Shown here piece after piece: positions 38,346 to 51,898 of a stretch of DNA of 64,000 nucleotides. The position numbers and the translations under genes were made by a program. This DNA comes from Octopus sinensis (taxonomy: Eukaryota): assembly GCF_006345805.1 (NCBI RefSeq), contig NC_043002.1:56916001-56980000 (forward strand). The letters run 5' to 3'. Each line of letters opens with the position of its first letter. Positions within the stretch are counted from its first letter, which is position 1. The notes below the pieces were generated by a model. That model was given only the letters and a program-made list of their open reading frames with translations, did not search any database and was not told where the DNA came from.

Positions 38346-40466
38346 AAGAATACACATATAATGGGGTTCCATACAGTTTTCATTTCCTAAATTCACTCAC
38401 AGGGCATTGGTGGGCCCAGAACTATAGTAAAAGACACTTGCCGAAAGCACTACACAGTGGGACTGAACCCAAAGCCACATGGTTGCAAAGGGAGCTTCTT
38501 AAGCACACAACCATGTCTGTACCTATAAACCAGTACTCTGCTGGTTATGAGACAAGAGTTCCAGTTGAGCCAATCGATTAAACAGCCTGTTCATGAAATT
38601 AACATGCAAGTGGCTGAGTACTCCACAGACACACAAACTCTTAATGTAGTTCTCTGAGAGATTCAGCATGACACAGAATGTGACAAGACTGGCCCTTTGA
38701 ATTACAGATACAACTTACTTTTGCCAGCTGAGTGGCTTGGAGCAATGTGAAATAAAGTGTCTTGCTCAATGCACCACTGGAAATAAAATGTCTTGCACAA
38801 TGCACCACTGGAAATTGAACTCACAATCTTACAATTGTGAGCCAAATACCCTAACCACTAAGCCATGTGCCTTCATGTACCTACACACTCACACACAGTT
38901 GTTTCACTTATTTTGATGTCTACTTTTCTATGTTTGCATGGAGTAAGTTGAGTCAGTGTTTTCTACAGCCAGATGTCCTTCCTGACAGCAATTCCACCTG
39001 TTTCCAAGCAAGGTAATCATCTCCCAGTCTACTGGACAACAAAAATCATGGATGTGGTTGTGTGGAGAACTGGAAATATATAACTCTGCTTTGAACAGAC
39101 CTTTTACTTACAAAGATCTCGCAAGACGTGAAAAAGCCCCAGTGTACTTTCACAACAGACTGTCAGCAAATGTCATTGTTTCCATCAACAGTGAAGTTAT
39201 GGTTTACAATCAGTGAACATATGTGAAGATGAGGGGAAACATGAACTCAAACACATACACACATATATATAACAGCCAATATAATTGTTTGTTGGTTGGT
39301 TAATTTCTCTAGTCACACTTTACAGCATATACAGTAATCCTTTAACTACCACAGGTATTATGTTCCAAAACTGCCTACAGAAATAGTTAAAAATCTAAAA
39401 AGATATAAACACCTATTGGCCACAGAAACCTGGATATACTGAGGAGTCTGCAATATAAATTTACATATATTAGCCAGAAAAGTCCGCGATAGGGGAGGGA
39501 TATATATAGAGAGGGGGCAGCTATAAAAGAAATTCAAAAAGAGTTAACACAAGAGATGCACGATGAGTGCACATGCTAAGCTTGGTGGCAGGCAATGAGT
39601 AAAGGGACTACACATGACCATACACAGAGTGAGAGACAAAGATCCATAGAGACAGAGGACAAGAAGGAGAAGGAATAAACAGCTGAGTTGTTATGGGAAG
39701 AGTTAACTTTTCAGAGGTAGGTTTTTGATGGACTAGATTGCAATTATGTTGATAAAATTTAGAAAAATAATAACATCATCATTATCATTTTAACATCTGC
39801 TTTCCATGCTGGGATGGGTTAGATGGTTTGACAAGAGTGAGCAAGGCTGTGAACTGCACCAGGTTCCATTGTCTGTTTCAGCACTGTTTTTATGGCTGGA
39901 TACCCTTCCTAATGCTAACTATTTTACAGAGTGTACTGGGTGACACCAGCTCCAGTGCTTTTTACATGACACCAGAACCAGTGTTTTTTTATGTGACACC
40001 AGAACCAGTGTTTTTTATGTGGTGCCAGAACTGGTGCTTTTTACAAGAGAAAGAGAAAGAGAGAGAGAGAGAGAGATGGTAGTGGAGATGTGTCGGGGTA
40101 TGCCTTTGATGGACATTGGGGGGTGGTAACAATAAGTGGGAATAATATATCTATCGCAGATATACAAATGAGAAATTTGTTTTGTTTGATTTGATTTTAA
40201 GGTAATAAATATTTTTCTTTTGATAATTAATATTAATTTCATCATCTTGTAATAAGCAACAGGAAATGTGAGAAAAGTTAAATAATAATTATCATATAGG
40301 TATAGGTATGGCTGTGTGGTAAGATGTTGGTTTCCCAACTACAGTTTTGGGTTTAGTTCCATTCTGTGACACCTTGGGCAAGTTTCTTCTATTATATCTC
40401 CAGGCTGGCCAAAGCCTGGTGAGTTGATTTGGCAGATGGAAACTGAAACCTTGTGTGTGTGTGTGT

Positions 40467-40503
<37 letters not shown>

Positions 40504-41159
40504 GTGTCTTGGCTTCAACTTTGCATGATTGTTGTAAATGAGTGCCACTGTCATGCAGGCAGTGTCCTTTGCTTCAAATCTTCCATGAAAATATGACCAG
40601 CGATGGGGGAATATTATTTCATTTGGAAACAGATGGAGGTTGGTGACAAGAACGGTATCTGGCCATAGGAAAAACTATGCCTCAACTAATTCCATCCAAT
40701 CTATGTGAGCATGGGAGACTGGATGTTAAAATGATGATGGCATGCATATGTGAGTGGTATTTTTATAACAATTTATGTAGAACAGTTATTAAAAAACAAA
40801 TCATGAGATTTGTGTAAAATGATTGTTAGGATTTCCCATACAGATGGACATAGTGCAAATATGAAGAAAGCCTGACTAACAGAAGCTTTGCAGCCCAGTT
40901 GCAAATCAATGTAAGGTTGCTAAGAGCTGGACTAGTGATCTTGAAAATATCCTGTTTCAATTGGGGGAGGGGGGGGGAAGAAGGGCAAGAGAAAGAGAGA
41001 AAGAAAAGGGAGAAAGAAAGAGAAGGAGAGAGAGAGATGAAATTTTATACTACTTTGAAAGTCAAAACCAACTGTTAATTAGCAATTAGGTAATGAATGC
41101 GGAAGAGACAGCAGTCAGCTCCTGGCAACCAGAGGTGACGTAGTTCCAATTGTTGGTTA

Positions 41160-41575
41160 AACCTTTTCATACCAACCAGCCTAGGGTCATTCTTCTTGGT
41201 TCTATGATACAACCTTCCTGTTTTAAATTGGTCTAAATTAAAACTTTCCATCAAAATTTCCCAAGTTCTAAATATCAGCTTAACAATGGCAGCTATTTTA
41301 CAAAAGTCTTCACTATTTTCAAAATTAATTGAAACAAGACAGGGTGTTTCTTCCAGAAATATAGTAACAAAAGAGTGTGTCTGGGACCATCCTTGATTTA
41401 TGATAGAAACTTCCTAATTTTAAAGGGAGCTAAATTGAAACCTTAAAATTTCATACTAATTTTTGCTCCAAACCCCGGCTTAATAATGATAAAATTATTT
41501 TTACTAAATTTTTCATTATATACAAAATCAATTAAACAAAATGTATTGCACTGCAACAGAAATAAGATAAAGGAT
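41160..41575. mobile_element. Two degraded tandem copies of the piggyBac-type MITE family
   Basis: Starts TTAAACCTTTTCATACC and ends GATAAAAGGATTAA; internal similarity to 46822-47036. Confidence 0.5.
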
Positions 41576-42023
41576 TAAATGTGAGATAAGTACTCTCTAT
41601 TGCCCTTTTCATCAACTGATAAAAATTCTTAGCCAAAAGTGCACAGCAAAAGCTGTAACCTTCTCCATCCATGTTTCCTGGTCATCAACCAACCACATGT
41701 TGTCCACTAACTTTCTCCCTATCCTTCTTTAACATTGTCCAACCACCCCATTGCTAACCTTTCTATACCTCAATGACTAAGGAAGGGGTATTTTGTTCAT
41801 GACATCCAACAACCTCACTAGTAACTTTCCCTTATACCTCATTATTAATCCTTAAGCATTTAGACTAGACATATCTGGTGCCCAAATATTCTCCCGTTTT
41901 ATGTTCAAACTGACCAGATCTGGCCTCTCACACCTACCCTACAATGTTATTGTAAAGATAAACAATCCTATCATCATAACCTTGAAGCTTTGAGATAATG
42001 CGGGATTAATTAAAAACAAGGTG

Positions 42024-42375
42024 AACAAGAGCACTGAGAGAGCGCAAACCTCTGTCAAGGCAACATCGATGATCAGCCAGAGAGAATTTTTAAAATGAGA
42101 ATATCTGAAATAAACTCGACTGCTCTCACAAACGAGAATAATAAAAGTGAACCTGACCGCTCTCAAAAATTAAGTACAAAAACCAGGAAAAATAATCCAG
42201 AATCCTTGTCTGGTACCAGATCGATCCCAAAATCTAATCAGTTTGTGCCAGTCAGGAGGCCAAACATCCCTGAAAGTTTCTTCCAAATCCATCCAGCTGT
42301 TCTTGAGATATCTTGTCCAAGGACAAACAAACAAGCAAACATGACTGAAAACAATACTTCTGCTTTCACTAAGCC
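42024..42375 (+). mobile_element. Helentron-associated (DINE-1/HINE-like) non-autonomous element, 3' hairpin eroded
   Basis: Clearly homologous to 45564-45940 (AACAAGAGCAC..GAGAATATCTGAAATAAACTCGACTGCTCTCAC..CAAACAAAC..GAAAACAATAC). Confidence 0.6.
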
Positions 42376-43159
42376 TTACATTTGACAAAGTAATTTGAAT
42401 GCTAAAGGGTTACCTTGTCCATGTATAATCAGGTTTACTAGACATATGAAATGCCATGATGCATGATCAACATCACACCATTTTCTTGTCTGTTGGCAAC
42501 TGACTTATATCTTATGGTTCACCATTTATGCAAACTAACACTTTCTTAGTTTGATGTTTTGCATATAGAATACAAGGCCTCATGATACAGCTTTTCATTT
42601 CAAAAGCTGTGATTCTTTTCTCTTATTTTCAGTATCTAATGCTCTAGTGCTCATAGTTTATTTTACACCACTGCTTTGCGTACCATCCATATATTTTGTC
42701 CTGGCTGGCAGTCGATGTTCTCTGGTTCTAAATAATACTGGCTTCAGCAATTTCTGAGAAAGAGGATAAGTCAATTACATCGAACCCCGAAAGGCAAAGT
42801 CAGCCTCAGCAAGGTTTGAACTCAGAATGTAAAAAAAAGCTGTAAAGCATTTTCCCCAGCACTATAATGATTCGGCCAGCTCACCTCCTTCAATTAGTAA
42901 ATAACAAGTTTGGGGGAGGGAGTAAGTTGATTACATTGACCCCAGTACACAACTAGTACTTACTTTATCAACACAAAAAGGATGAAAGGCAAAGTCCACC
43001 TTGGCAGAATTTGAACTCAGAATGTAAGGACACAAAATTCCACTACACATTTTGCCCAGGGCTGCAAGGATTCTGCTAGCTCGCTGCCTTCAATTAGTAA
43101 ATATTAACTGATTTCTTATAAAGAAGTTAAACTTTCCAGTTTGTTTAGAGTTGCCTGCC

Positions 43160-43823
43160 CATCAGATGTGGTGTGCAAGAGGGATGAATGCACTGGTATG
43201 GTTATGTAATGCATATGGATGAGGACAGCTGTGTAAAGAAGTGCCAATTTCTAACTGAGGAGGGAACCTGAGGGTGAGGTAGGCCCAGGAAGACATGAGG
43301 CAAGGGGGTGAAGCATGATTTTTGAATGTTGGGCCTCCTGGAGGCAATGACCGGTGAGCGAGACCTTTGATGATAGGCTGTCAAGCCAAGTGAGATCATA
43401 GTTGTAGCTGATGCTCGTGTCATGTAAATGGCACCTCTGCCGGTGGCACATAAAAAGCTCCTTTTGAGCACTGGGCTTCCTGGAGGCAATGTGGCTGATG
43501 CCAGTGTTGCGTAACTGGCACATAAAAAGCACCTTTCAAGCATTGGGCCACATGGAGGCAGTGACAAATGAACAAGACCTTCGGCAATATGCAGTGCTTG
43601 AGAAGATCCATCAAGGTGAGTGATCATAGTCATGGCTGATGTTGGTGTCACACAACTGGCACCCATTACACTATTGAAGTGGTTGGCATTAGGAAGGGCA
43701 CCTAGTTGTAGAACACCTTGCCAGATCAGACTGAAGTCTGATGCAGCATTCCAGCTTGCCAGCCCTGGTCAAACTGTCCAATCCATGCCAGCATGAACAA
43801 CAGACATTAAATGATGATGATGA
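43160..43823 (+). mobile_element. Family A RTE 3' end
   Basis: Remnant frames HWYGYVMHMDEDSCVKKCQFLTEEGT and GRPRKT, then core and (GAT)n tail. Confidence 0.8.
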
Positions 43824-43830
43824 CACATAT

Positions 43831-44560
43831 TCATCATCATCATTATTTAACGTCCGCTTTCCATGCTAGCATGGGTTGGACGATTTGACTGAGGACTGGC
43901 GAACCAGATGGCTGCACCAGGCTCCAATCTGATCTGGCAGAGTTTCTACAGCTGGATGCCCTTCCTAACGCCAACCACTCCGAGAGTGTAGTGGGTGCTT
44001 TTACGTGCCATTGGCATGAGGGCCAGTCAGGTGGTACTGGCAACAGCTACGCTCAAATGGTGTTTTTTATGTACCACCTGCACAGGAGCCAGTCCAGCGG
44101 CACTGGCAATGACCTCGCTTGAATGTTTTTTCACGTGCCAGTAAGGCAACGCTGGTAATGATCTGGCTCGAATAGTGCTTTTTACGTGCCACTGGCATGG
44201 AAGCCAGTTTGCTGCTCTGGCAACGATCATGCTCGGATGGTGCTCTTAGCGCTGATGTTAGTCATTGAATTTGATTTCGATTTCACTTGCCTCAATAGGT
44301 CTTCACAAGCAGAGTTTAGTGTCCAATGAAGGAAAGGTACACATAAATGGGCTGATTACACCCCTGGCATAGGCCACGAGGTTATGGTCTCACTTGGCTT
44401 GCCGGGTCTTCTCAAGCACAGCATATTTCCAAAGGTCCCAGTCACTAGTCATTGCCATGGTGAGGCCTAATGTTCAAAGGTCATGCTTTACCACCTTATC
44501 CCAGGTCTTCCTGAGTCTACCTCTTCCACAGGTTCCCCTCAACTGCTAGGGTGTGGCATC
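43831..44560 (-). mobile_element. Family A RTE 3' end, tail-to-tail with the previous copy
   Basis: (CAT)n tail, core, four units and C-terminal coding remnant. Confidence 0.8.
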
Positions 44561-45339
44561 CAAATCACTCCATTAATTAAATAAGATGAAATATGGCTGA
44601 GACAATAGAATACTCAAGTCAATGAATTGCAGTGTTTAATTTAGCAGTTGTTTAACCACAGGTCACCTAAGGACTGACCAGTCGACTACCATGAAAAAAT
44701 GCTCCAGTTGCAACTAGTGTACTTTTTTCTTTCTGCAAAAGTGTATCTAGGACTCTATTACTCAAGATGACTTTGCCATATTTCAAGATAGTAGACAATG
44801 ATTTGTCTGACCTCTGGCTGCTATGTCTGGTAAATTGCATGTCCTCATTTGAGGTCTCATCTTGCTAGGCTCAGTGTTTAATTAACCCAGAGTCAAACCT
44901 ATTATTTTTCCTGTGTCTGAGTGTACATGTAGTGGAGGTGGAGGGTGGGCTAATGAAATATGTATCAGTAAGATACTGAAAATGATGTGGGGGTGGGGTG
45001 GGGGAATCCAGTAGTTGTATGTCGTATGCCATAAATGAGTCATTTGTCAGAAATCAATATAGAGAAATCAAGAAATTAACTTTTATCAGTTAATGGGCAC
45101 AATAGATTAATTTCTATTATTATTATTATTATTATTTTGAAACTTACTCATAACATATCTCACCTGCCTGTAAAGGTGAGTGACTGATTAGATTTCACAA
45201 TCACCTGTATGATGAACCGATTTCTCAAAATGTCAAAACAGAAAAGAAAAAAAAAACTATCAAGATTGCATAAATTCTTATGTTTTTTTCCTAAAACAAA
45301 AGCTTAGTAGCTTTTGGAATCAAATAAAAATATTTATAA

Positions 45340-46460
45340 TAATCCTTTTTCTACTATAAGCATCAGGCCTGAAATATTGGGGAGGGGTAAGTTGATTACA
45401 TCAACCCCAGCGTTAAACTGGTACTTATTTTATCCCCGAAAAAATAAGAGACAAAGCTGACTGCGGTGAAATTTGAACTCAGATCATAAAGACAACTGAA
45501 ATGCTGATAAACAATTTGTCCCGTGTGCTATCAATTCCGCCAGTTCCCTACCTTAATAACAACAACAAGAGCACCCAGAGAGTGCACACCTCCACCAAGG
45601 CAACACCAACATCCTCTCAATGATTAGCCAGAGATGATTTTTAAAATGAGAATATCTGAAATAAACTCGACTGCTCTCACAAAGGAGAGTACTAAAAATG
45701 AACCTGACCACTCTCAAAAATTAAGTGAAGTAAATATAACAAATATAACAATCCTTGTCCGGTACCAGATCGATCTCCAAATCTAATCAGTTTGTGCCAG
45801 TCACAAGGCCAAACATCCCTGAAAGTTTCATCTGAATCCATCTAGCAGTTCTTGAGATATCTTGTCCACAGACAGACAAACAAACAAACAAACAAACACA
45901 ACTGAAAACAATACCTCTGCCTTCACTAAGGCAGAGGTAACAATCCTTTTTCACCAAAAGCACCAGGCCTGAAATTTTGGGATGGGGAAAGTTGATTACA
46001 TCAACCCCAGCATTAAACTGGTACTTATTTTATCTCCTTGAAAGAATGAAAGGCAAAATTGACTTCCACAGAATTTGAACTCAGATCATAAAGACAACTG
46101 AAATGCTGTTAAACAATTTGCCCAGTGTGCTAACAATTCCGCCAGTTCCCTCTCTTAATAACAACAATATTGGTTTCAGATTTTGGCACAAGGCCAGCGA
46201 TTTCAGTGTTCATCTGGCACTTATTTTATCAACCCTGAAAGGATGAAAAGCAAAGTCAACCTTGGCGGAATTTTAACTCAAAACATAAACATGGACAAAA
46301 TGCCACTAAGCATTTTGCCCTGGATGCTAATGATTCTGCTAGCAAGTTCAGGGCAGGGGATAAGCCAATTACATCAATCACAGTACATGACTGGTACTTA
46401 TTTTATCGACCCTGAAAGGACAAAAGGCAAAGTCAACTTTGGCAGAATTTGAATTCAGAA
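45340..46460 (-). mobile_element. Cluster of tRNA-derived SINE family D copies (Deu/Nin-like core), interrupted by the Helentron-type element
   Basis: Repeated ~220-bp unit AATCCTTT..AGGCCTGAAATT..ACTGGTACTTATTT..GAAAGGCAAAGT..AATTTGAACTCAGA. Further copies at 28895-29095, 42760-43090 and 48310-49160. Confidence 0.75.
45564..45940 (+). mobile_element. Helentron-associated (DINE-1/HINE-like) non-autonomous element
   Basis: 5' CCTCCACCAAGGC sub-terminal motif, (ACAG/ACAA)n microsatellite and a 3' 12-bp stem-loop TACCTCTGCCTT-CACT-AAGGCAGAGGTA (45912-45939). Confidence 0.65.
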
Positions 46461-46821
46461 AGGCAAAACGCTATAAAGAGGAGGGGGGGTTAGTAATTTA
46501 CATTGACCCCATTTTAGATAAATCAATGTCCAATTACATTTTTTTTTTTTGCTTTGCTGTTTAAGATTGTCTTCATAAGGTCTGACAAGAAATGATCATT
46601 GCCTCTACTACACAGACTTTGTTATCTTAACAAGTAGATAATGAATTCCATCAAAAACTGAAGGGTTATCTGCTAGGCTGGTTAGAGTAGCTTAATACAG
46701 TAAAAATATTCATTTGAAACAATATGAGTGAAAGAGAAAATGTCATTCTGAAAAAATAAGAACCAATAAATTGAAGAATTCTACAGCAGTTGTTATTTTA
46801 TCCTGGGCCAAACCTGATTAA

Positions 46822-47036
46822 CCCTTTCGTTACCAACCCAGCTGAAACTGGCTCTGTAGTACAAATGTCTTGTTTTCATAAGTTTTGAATTAAAATCTTC
46901 CACCAAGACTTAGTCACAATTTATGTTCCTAACAATAGCTTCATAATAACTAAATTATTTTACTAAATTCTTTGTTATATTTAAATTAACTGAAAGAAAC
47001 AAAGAACATCTCAAAATAAATACAGTAATGAAAGGG
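46822..47036. mobile_element. piggyBac-type MITE (215 bp)
   Basis: TTAA|CCCTTTCGTTAC ... GTAATGAAAGGG|TTAA; 11/12 TIR match and TTAA on both sides. Confidence 0.85.
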
Positions 47037-47299
47037 TTAAGTAGGCTTATGAGCAAAAGATATTCCAGCTCTGACCATCCTATTTATTTTCAGAAATATA
47101 TCTAGGACCTATCTGCCCATCTTTAACCTTCAATGCTACCGCTACACCCATCTTTAACACTCTCCTCTCACACATTTATGGAATTACCCTCTCCCAACCT
47201 GCAGTCTACATCCTTTCTTTTGTTCCCCATTTTGTACCTTGAAATTTCACTCTGGCACCTCGTCTCCACCATCTCCATCTTCTTTCCACTTACTCCTAC

Positions 47300-47705
47300 T
47301 CATCATCATCATCATCATTGTCATCGTTTAACATCCGCTTTCCATGCTGGGATGGGTTGGATGGTTTGACTGAGGACTGGCAAGCCAGAAGGCTGCATCA
47401 GGCTCCAATCTGATCTGGTAAGTTTTCTACAGCTAGATGCTCTTCCTAATGTCAACCACTCCGAGAGTGTAGTGGGTGTTTTTTATGTACCACCAGAATG
47501 GGGGCCAGTCAGCTGGGACTGGCATTGACCATGCTTGAATGGTACTTTTTACGTGCACCGGCATGGGAGCCAATCCGGTGGGTCTGGCATCGACCATGCT
47601 CAAATGGTACTTTTTTGGTGCCACCAGCACGGTTCTGGCATCGGCCACGACAATGATTTCACTTGACTCAACAGGTCTTCTCAAGCACAGTATACTGCCC
47701 AATGA
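47300..47705 (-). mobile_element. Family A 3' end
   Basis: Tail, core, units and CTTCTCAAGCACAG. Confidence 0.75.
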
Positions 47706-47784
47706 TTGAAAGGTACTCTGAGGTAATCATGCATCATCTCTATAGCAAGACATCTGTGCTTGACTTTCTAGCATGCTTTTAGCC

Positions 47785-48127
47785 CAGGGGTTTTCAACCA
47801 TTTTTTTTTAACCTATGGACCCCTTTGATTCCAATTTTATTCTGGTGGAGCCCCATAGCCATCTGATGTTTAAAAACGGATTTTATCGATGCTTCTTTCA
47901 AAATTCCTATTTTGTTTTTCAAACATTCACTTGTGTAAGCTGAACAGTGTAAAACATTAGAGAATGAAACCTGGCTGTTTCTTACAATACATACATCTAA
48001 AGGAAAATTTGTTTCATGGCCTATGAAATACTATTTGTGGACCCAATCTACTATTTTGCTAGTGCGGACCCTCCAATATCTTATATGGCCCCAAATGGGT
48101 CATATGGACCCCAGTTGAGGACCACTG
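47785..48127. mobile_element. hAT (Charlie-type) MITE
   Basis: Ends CAGGGGTTTTCAACC and AGTTGAGGACCACTG; 8-bp flanks TTTTAGCC / CTTTAGCC (7/8 TSD match). Confidence 0.8.
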
Positions 48128-49451
48128 CTTTAGCCCCTACCCTCACGTCAAAAACACTCCCAATCAGCACATTCGACAAAGTGGTTAGCATTAAGAGGGC
48201 ATCCAGCTATAGAAACCATGCCAAAATAAAACAATTGGAGCCTGGCACAGCCCAGCATCCCATGGAATCCAGTCAAACCATCCAACCCATGCCAGCAAGG
48301 AAAACAGATTTTGGCACAAGGCCAGCAATTTTAGGACAAGGGATTTCATTGATTATATCAACCCCAATACATGACTGGTATTTTATTTTATTGATCTTGT
48401 AAGGATGAAAGGCAAACTAGACCTTGGTGGGATTTGAACTCACTGCATAAAGAATCAGAAGAAATACTGCTGAGCATTTTGTCTGTTGTTCTAATGATTC
48501 TATCAGCTCATTACCATAACACTAAATTTTCAAATTTTTGTCACAAGGGCAGCTTGGGGGAAAGGATGAAAGGCAAAGATGACCTCAGCAGAATTTGAAC
48601 TCGGAATCTAAGGACGGACAAAATGCCAATAAGCACTTTGTCTGGCGTGTTAATGATTCTGCCAGCTCACCACCTTAATAATAATAATAACAACAATTAC
48701 AACAATAACATTCATAATAATAATAATAATAGTAATAATAATAATTCTTTCTGCTATAAGCACAAGGCCTGCAATTCTTGGGAAACAAGCTTGTTGTTTA
48801 CACTAACCCAAGTGCTCAACTGGTTCGTATTTCACAGACCCTGAAAGAATGAAAAGCAAATTCGACCTCAACAGAATTTGAACTCAGAATGTAAAGCCAG
48901 AAGAAATGCCACAATGCAGTTTGTCTGGCATGCTAACGATTCTGTGCTTCCAATTTAGGCACAAGGTCAGCAACTTTTTCATTTATTACATTGAACTCAA
49001 TATTTGACTGGTGCTTTATTTTATTGAGCCCAGAGAGATGAAAAGAGAAGCTGACTTTGACAAGGTTTGAAATCAGAACATAAAGAGCAGGAACAAAATA
49101 ACAAAATGCTGCAAAGAATTTTTGTTTGATGCTCTCACAATTCTGCCAATCCACTCCACCAAACTCCAATAAGCTTGATTCAACATCACATATTTTATCA
49201 GTTAAAAGCACAGCTCCCAGTCCAACACTTTAACTGATAGTAAAACTCTGACATTATAGAGGGTTTGTAGTCTTGAAATCTATGTAGAATTCTCTGACAA
49301 AAAAAAAAAACCTACACTTCCAATTTCTGTTGATATCCATGTTATAAACTGATATGTGTTCATAAGGGGTGTTTTACAGAAAAACAAACAAAAAAGAAAA
49401 ACAATACAACTACTTCTATACAGCCTGTATCCGAAAATTATTGACCAGAAT

Positions 49452-49610
49452 GCAGGAGTGGCTGTGTGGTAAGAAGCTTGCTTCCCAACTACATGGTTCC
49501 AGGTTCAGTCCCACTGCATGGCACCTTGGGCAAGTGTCTCCTACTATAGCCTTGGGCTGACCAAAGCCTTGTGAATGGATTTGGTAGACGGAAACTGAAA
49601 GAAGCCTGTC

Positions 49611-49647
<37 letters not shown>

Positions 49648-49822
49648 CATATATATTTGTGTCTGTGGTTGTCTCCCCTACTGTAACTTAGCAGTTCGGC
49701 GAAAGTGACTGATAGAATATGTACAAGGCTTACATAGAATAAGTCCTGGGGTCGATTAGTTTGACTAAAGGCAGTGCTCCAGCATGGCTGTAGTCAAATG
49801 ACTGAAACAAAAGAGTAAAGAG
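49452..49822 (+). mobile_element. tRNA-derived SINE (family B), complete
   Basis: GGAGTGGCTGTGTGGTAAGAAGCTTGC..GGTTCAGTCCC head, (TA)n and 3' GCAGTGCTCCAGCATGGCTG. Confidence 0.85.
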
Positions 49823-49949
49823 TATACATTGCAAATTCTGTATTAGTAGAATTCCGTAACCAAACTTTCCAGAATGTACAAGATTTCTGTATCTTTTACC
49901 CAAATGATAAAAAGCAAAGGTGATCTGAACTGAATTTGAATTAAATAGG

Positions 49950-51060
49950 TATGGCAGCTGAAACTATCAGACGGTGGCTGTGTCTGACAAAAAGCTGCAG
50001 ATGGAATCCTTCTGTAGGTGAAGGGTAATTCAGTCCTCACTGCCTCACTCGGGTGTAGTGTGCAGGCTAAGGAGCAAAATACTTGTGACTCTGAGATACC
50101 ATCTGACAAATATGGAAGAGCATTTAACATGGCATTGAAATCAAAAGAGCTTGCAATAACCCCACTGAGTAGCTTTTGCAGGTTCTGTATGGAGCAGAAC
50201 ATCTCTGATGTTTATTTTACATGGGATGTAACAGAATATTACAAGATATTTGCTCCTGTACTTTACCATTTCCACTGTTCATTCCTCTACAACTATCAAT
50301 AATGATGATCTGAGACACAAAGCCATATATATTTAGAAGAAAGGAGAAAATGTGACAGGCTTTTTTCTTCAGGGTGACATGAATGACATCCGACATGAAC
50401 TGGCATCAACTGGGGGACTAAAATTGGGTCGTGGATTCAGCACCACAGGGGGTAATATCAAAACTATAACACCAAAGATAACAAGATATAAATCCCAGGA
50501 TTGGTAGAAGCAATATTACAGTACTTGATGGCCTAAAAGACACACAGGGATATTAGATGCATCCCCTAAATGGTCAAGAAAAAAAAATTAGTGCATTAAA
50601 AGCTGAGTTCAAGAGAGAAGTCCAAAATTCCAAATATTAATTCTATAGTTAAATGCTTTTGGATAATTTACATGGCAGAAATGTCCCAGATTCCATGTTT
50701 GAAGAAAAATCTACTTTCCACAACACAGAATAATGATAAACAGACTTTAAATTTACTATTTACTGCCTGCTTCTATTATTTGTAATTTCTCAATAAATTC
50801 AGACTTGTCTTGATATCTTTGGGTAAACTAGGCCACAAACATCGGTAAAATTCCTTTTAGCATGTTGTACATCAATTGGAATGGAATATCAGCTGAGCAA
50901 ATACAGACACATTCCTTTGAGTTGTTCTATCTTAACAGTCATACATTGGTTTTATTATTCTATTTATATCAATGGCCAGGTATTCAAGGTGAACAACAGT
51001 TCTTTCACCTGTTTGTGTTTGTTCAGGCTCTTTGAAAGCCATTGTTTTAGCATTCTGTTC
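49950..51060 (+). mobile_element. Heavily decayed RTE-like LINE (AP endonuclease plus start of RT)
   Basis: Across frames, in the expected order: KYGRAF..KELAITPLSSF..IFAP, FFLQGDMND (GDxN motif), LNGQEKKI..REVQNSKY, QLEWNIS and VCVCSGSLKA. Weak, by-eye alignment. Confidence 0.45.
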
Positions 51061-51898
51061 CAAGACTAAATATTTTAATACACTGACAGACAAATCATAA
51101 AGAGAAAGGATGGAGTCTATAATGTTTGTGTCTGCTTGGGAAACTGATCCTGTTAATATCATAAAGCACCAGTGCTGGCACCACGTAAACAGCACCTGTA
51201 CTGGTGCCAGATATATAGCACTCAATACACTCTGTAAAGTGGTTGACATTAGGAAGGGCATCCAGCTATAGAAACCATACCAAAACAGATAGCTGGAACC
51301 TGGTGCAGCTCTCCAGCATACCAGTTCCTGTCAAATTGTCCATCCATGCAAACATGGAAAACAGACATTAAATGATGATGATGATATATCATCATTATCA
51401 TTGTTTTAATGTCCACTTTCTGTGCAACCATGGGCTGAACTGAGGTTACTGAGGCAGATTTTTTTATAACCAGATGCTCTTCCAGTCACCAACCCATACC
51501 TGTTTCCAAGCAAGGTAATACTTGCCCATGGTCAAACATGACTTCACAGAATATTGGAGATGAATGAACACAGCCTGTATGACAGAGACATTTACAAATA
51601 CCATGTGATTTCAAGACAAGGAAACACAAACATACACACACACATACATATATAGATAGGCAAAAAAGGTAGACTTCAATATTGCGAAATAGAGGACTAT
51701 ATTCATTGAATGATACAGTTATAGAGACTTATATATGGGACTTAGAGTTTCTGCATCAACATTAAGATGACCACAGCATTTCTTCAGCTGTTGCAAGATT
51801 TGAAGTGCAGTGATCATAGAATTGTTCACACAAACTTGAAGTCCTGTATGTGAGCCTCTATAACTGCATCAGTCTCTCTCTCACTATATATATATATA

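Noticed and set aside
39112-39159. 48-nt in-frame minus-strand pseudo-exon (SVVKVHWGFFTSCEIF) with a GTAAGT donor
   Set aside because: No polypyrimidine tract, and TEX264 exons 1 and 2 align without a gap.
43990-44250. CRISPR-like pattern of GGTGCTTTTTACGTGCCA repeats with variable spacers
   Set aside because: The same spacers in the same order recur in other dispersed copies (34570-34820, 31720-31870). They sit in a LINE 3' UTR, the DNA is eukaryotic and there are no cas genes.
50373-50507. Apparent terminal exon of a nested plus-strand gene (ttcttcAG|GDMNDIRHELASTGGLKLGRGF..SQDW*)
   Set aside because: No upstream partner exons were found. GDMND and the flanking frames line up with a decayed AP-endonuclease of an RTE-like LINE. 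RNA-seq junctions at 50373 would reopen it.
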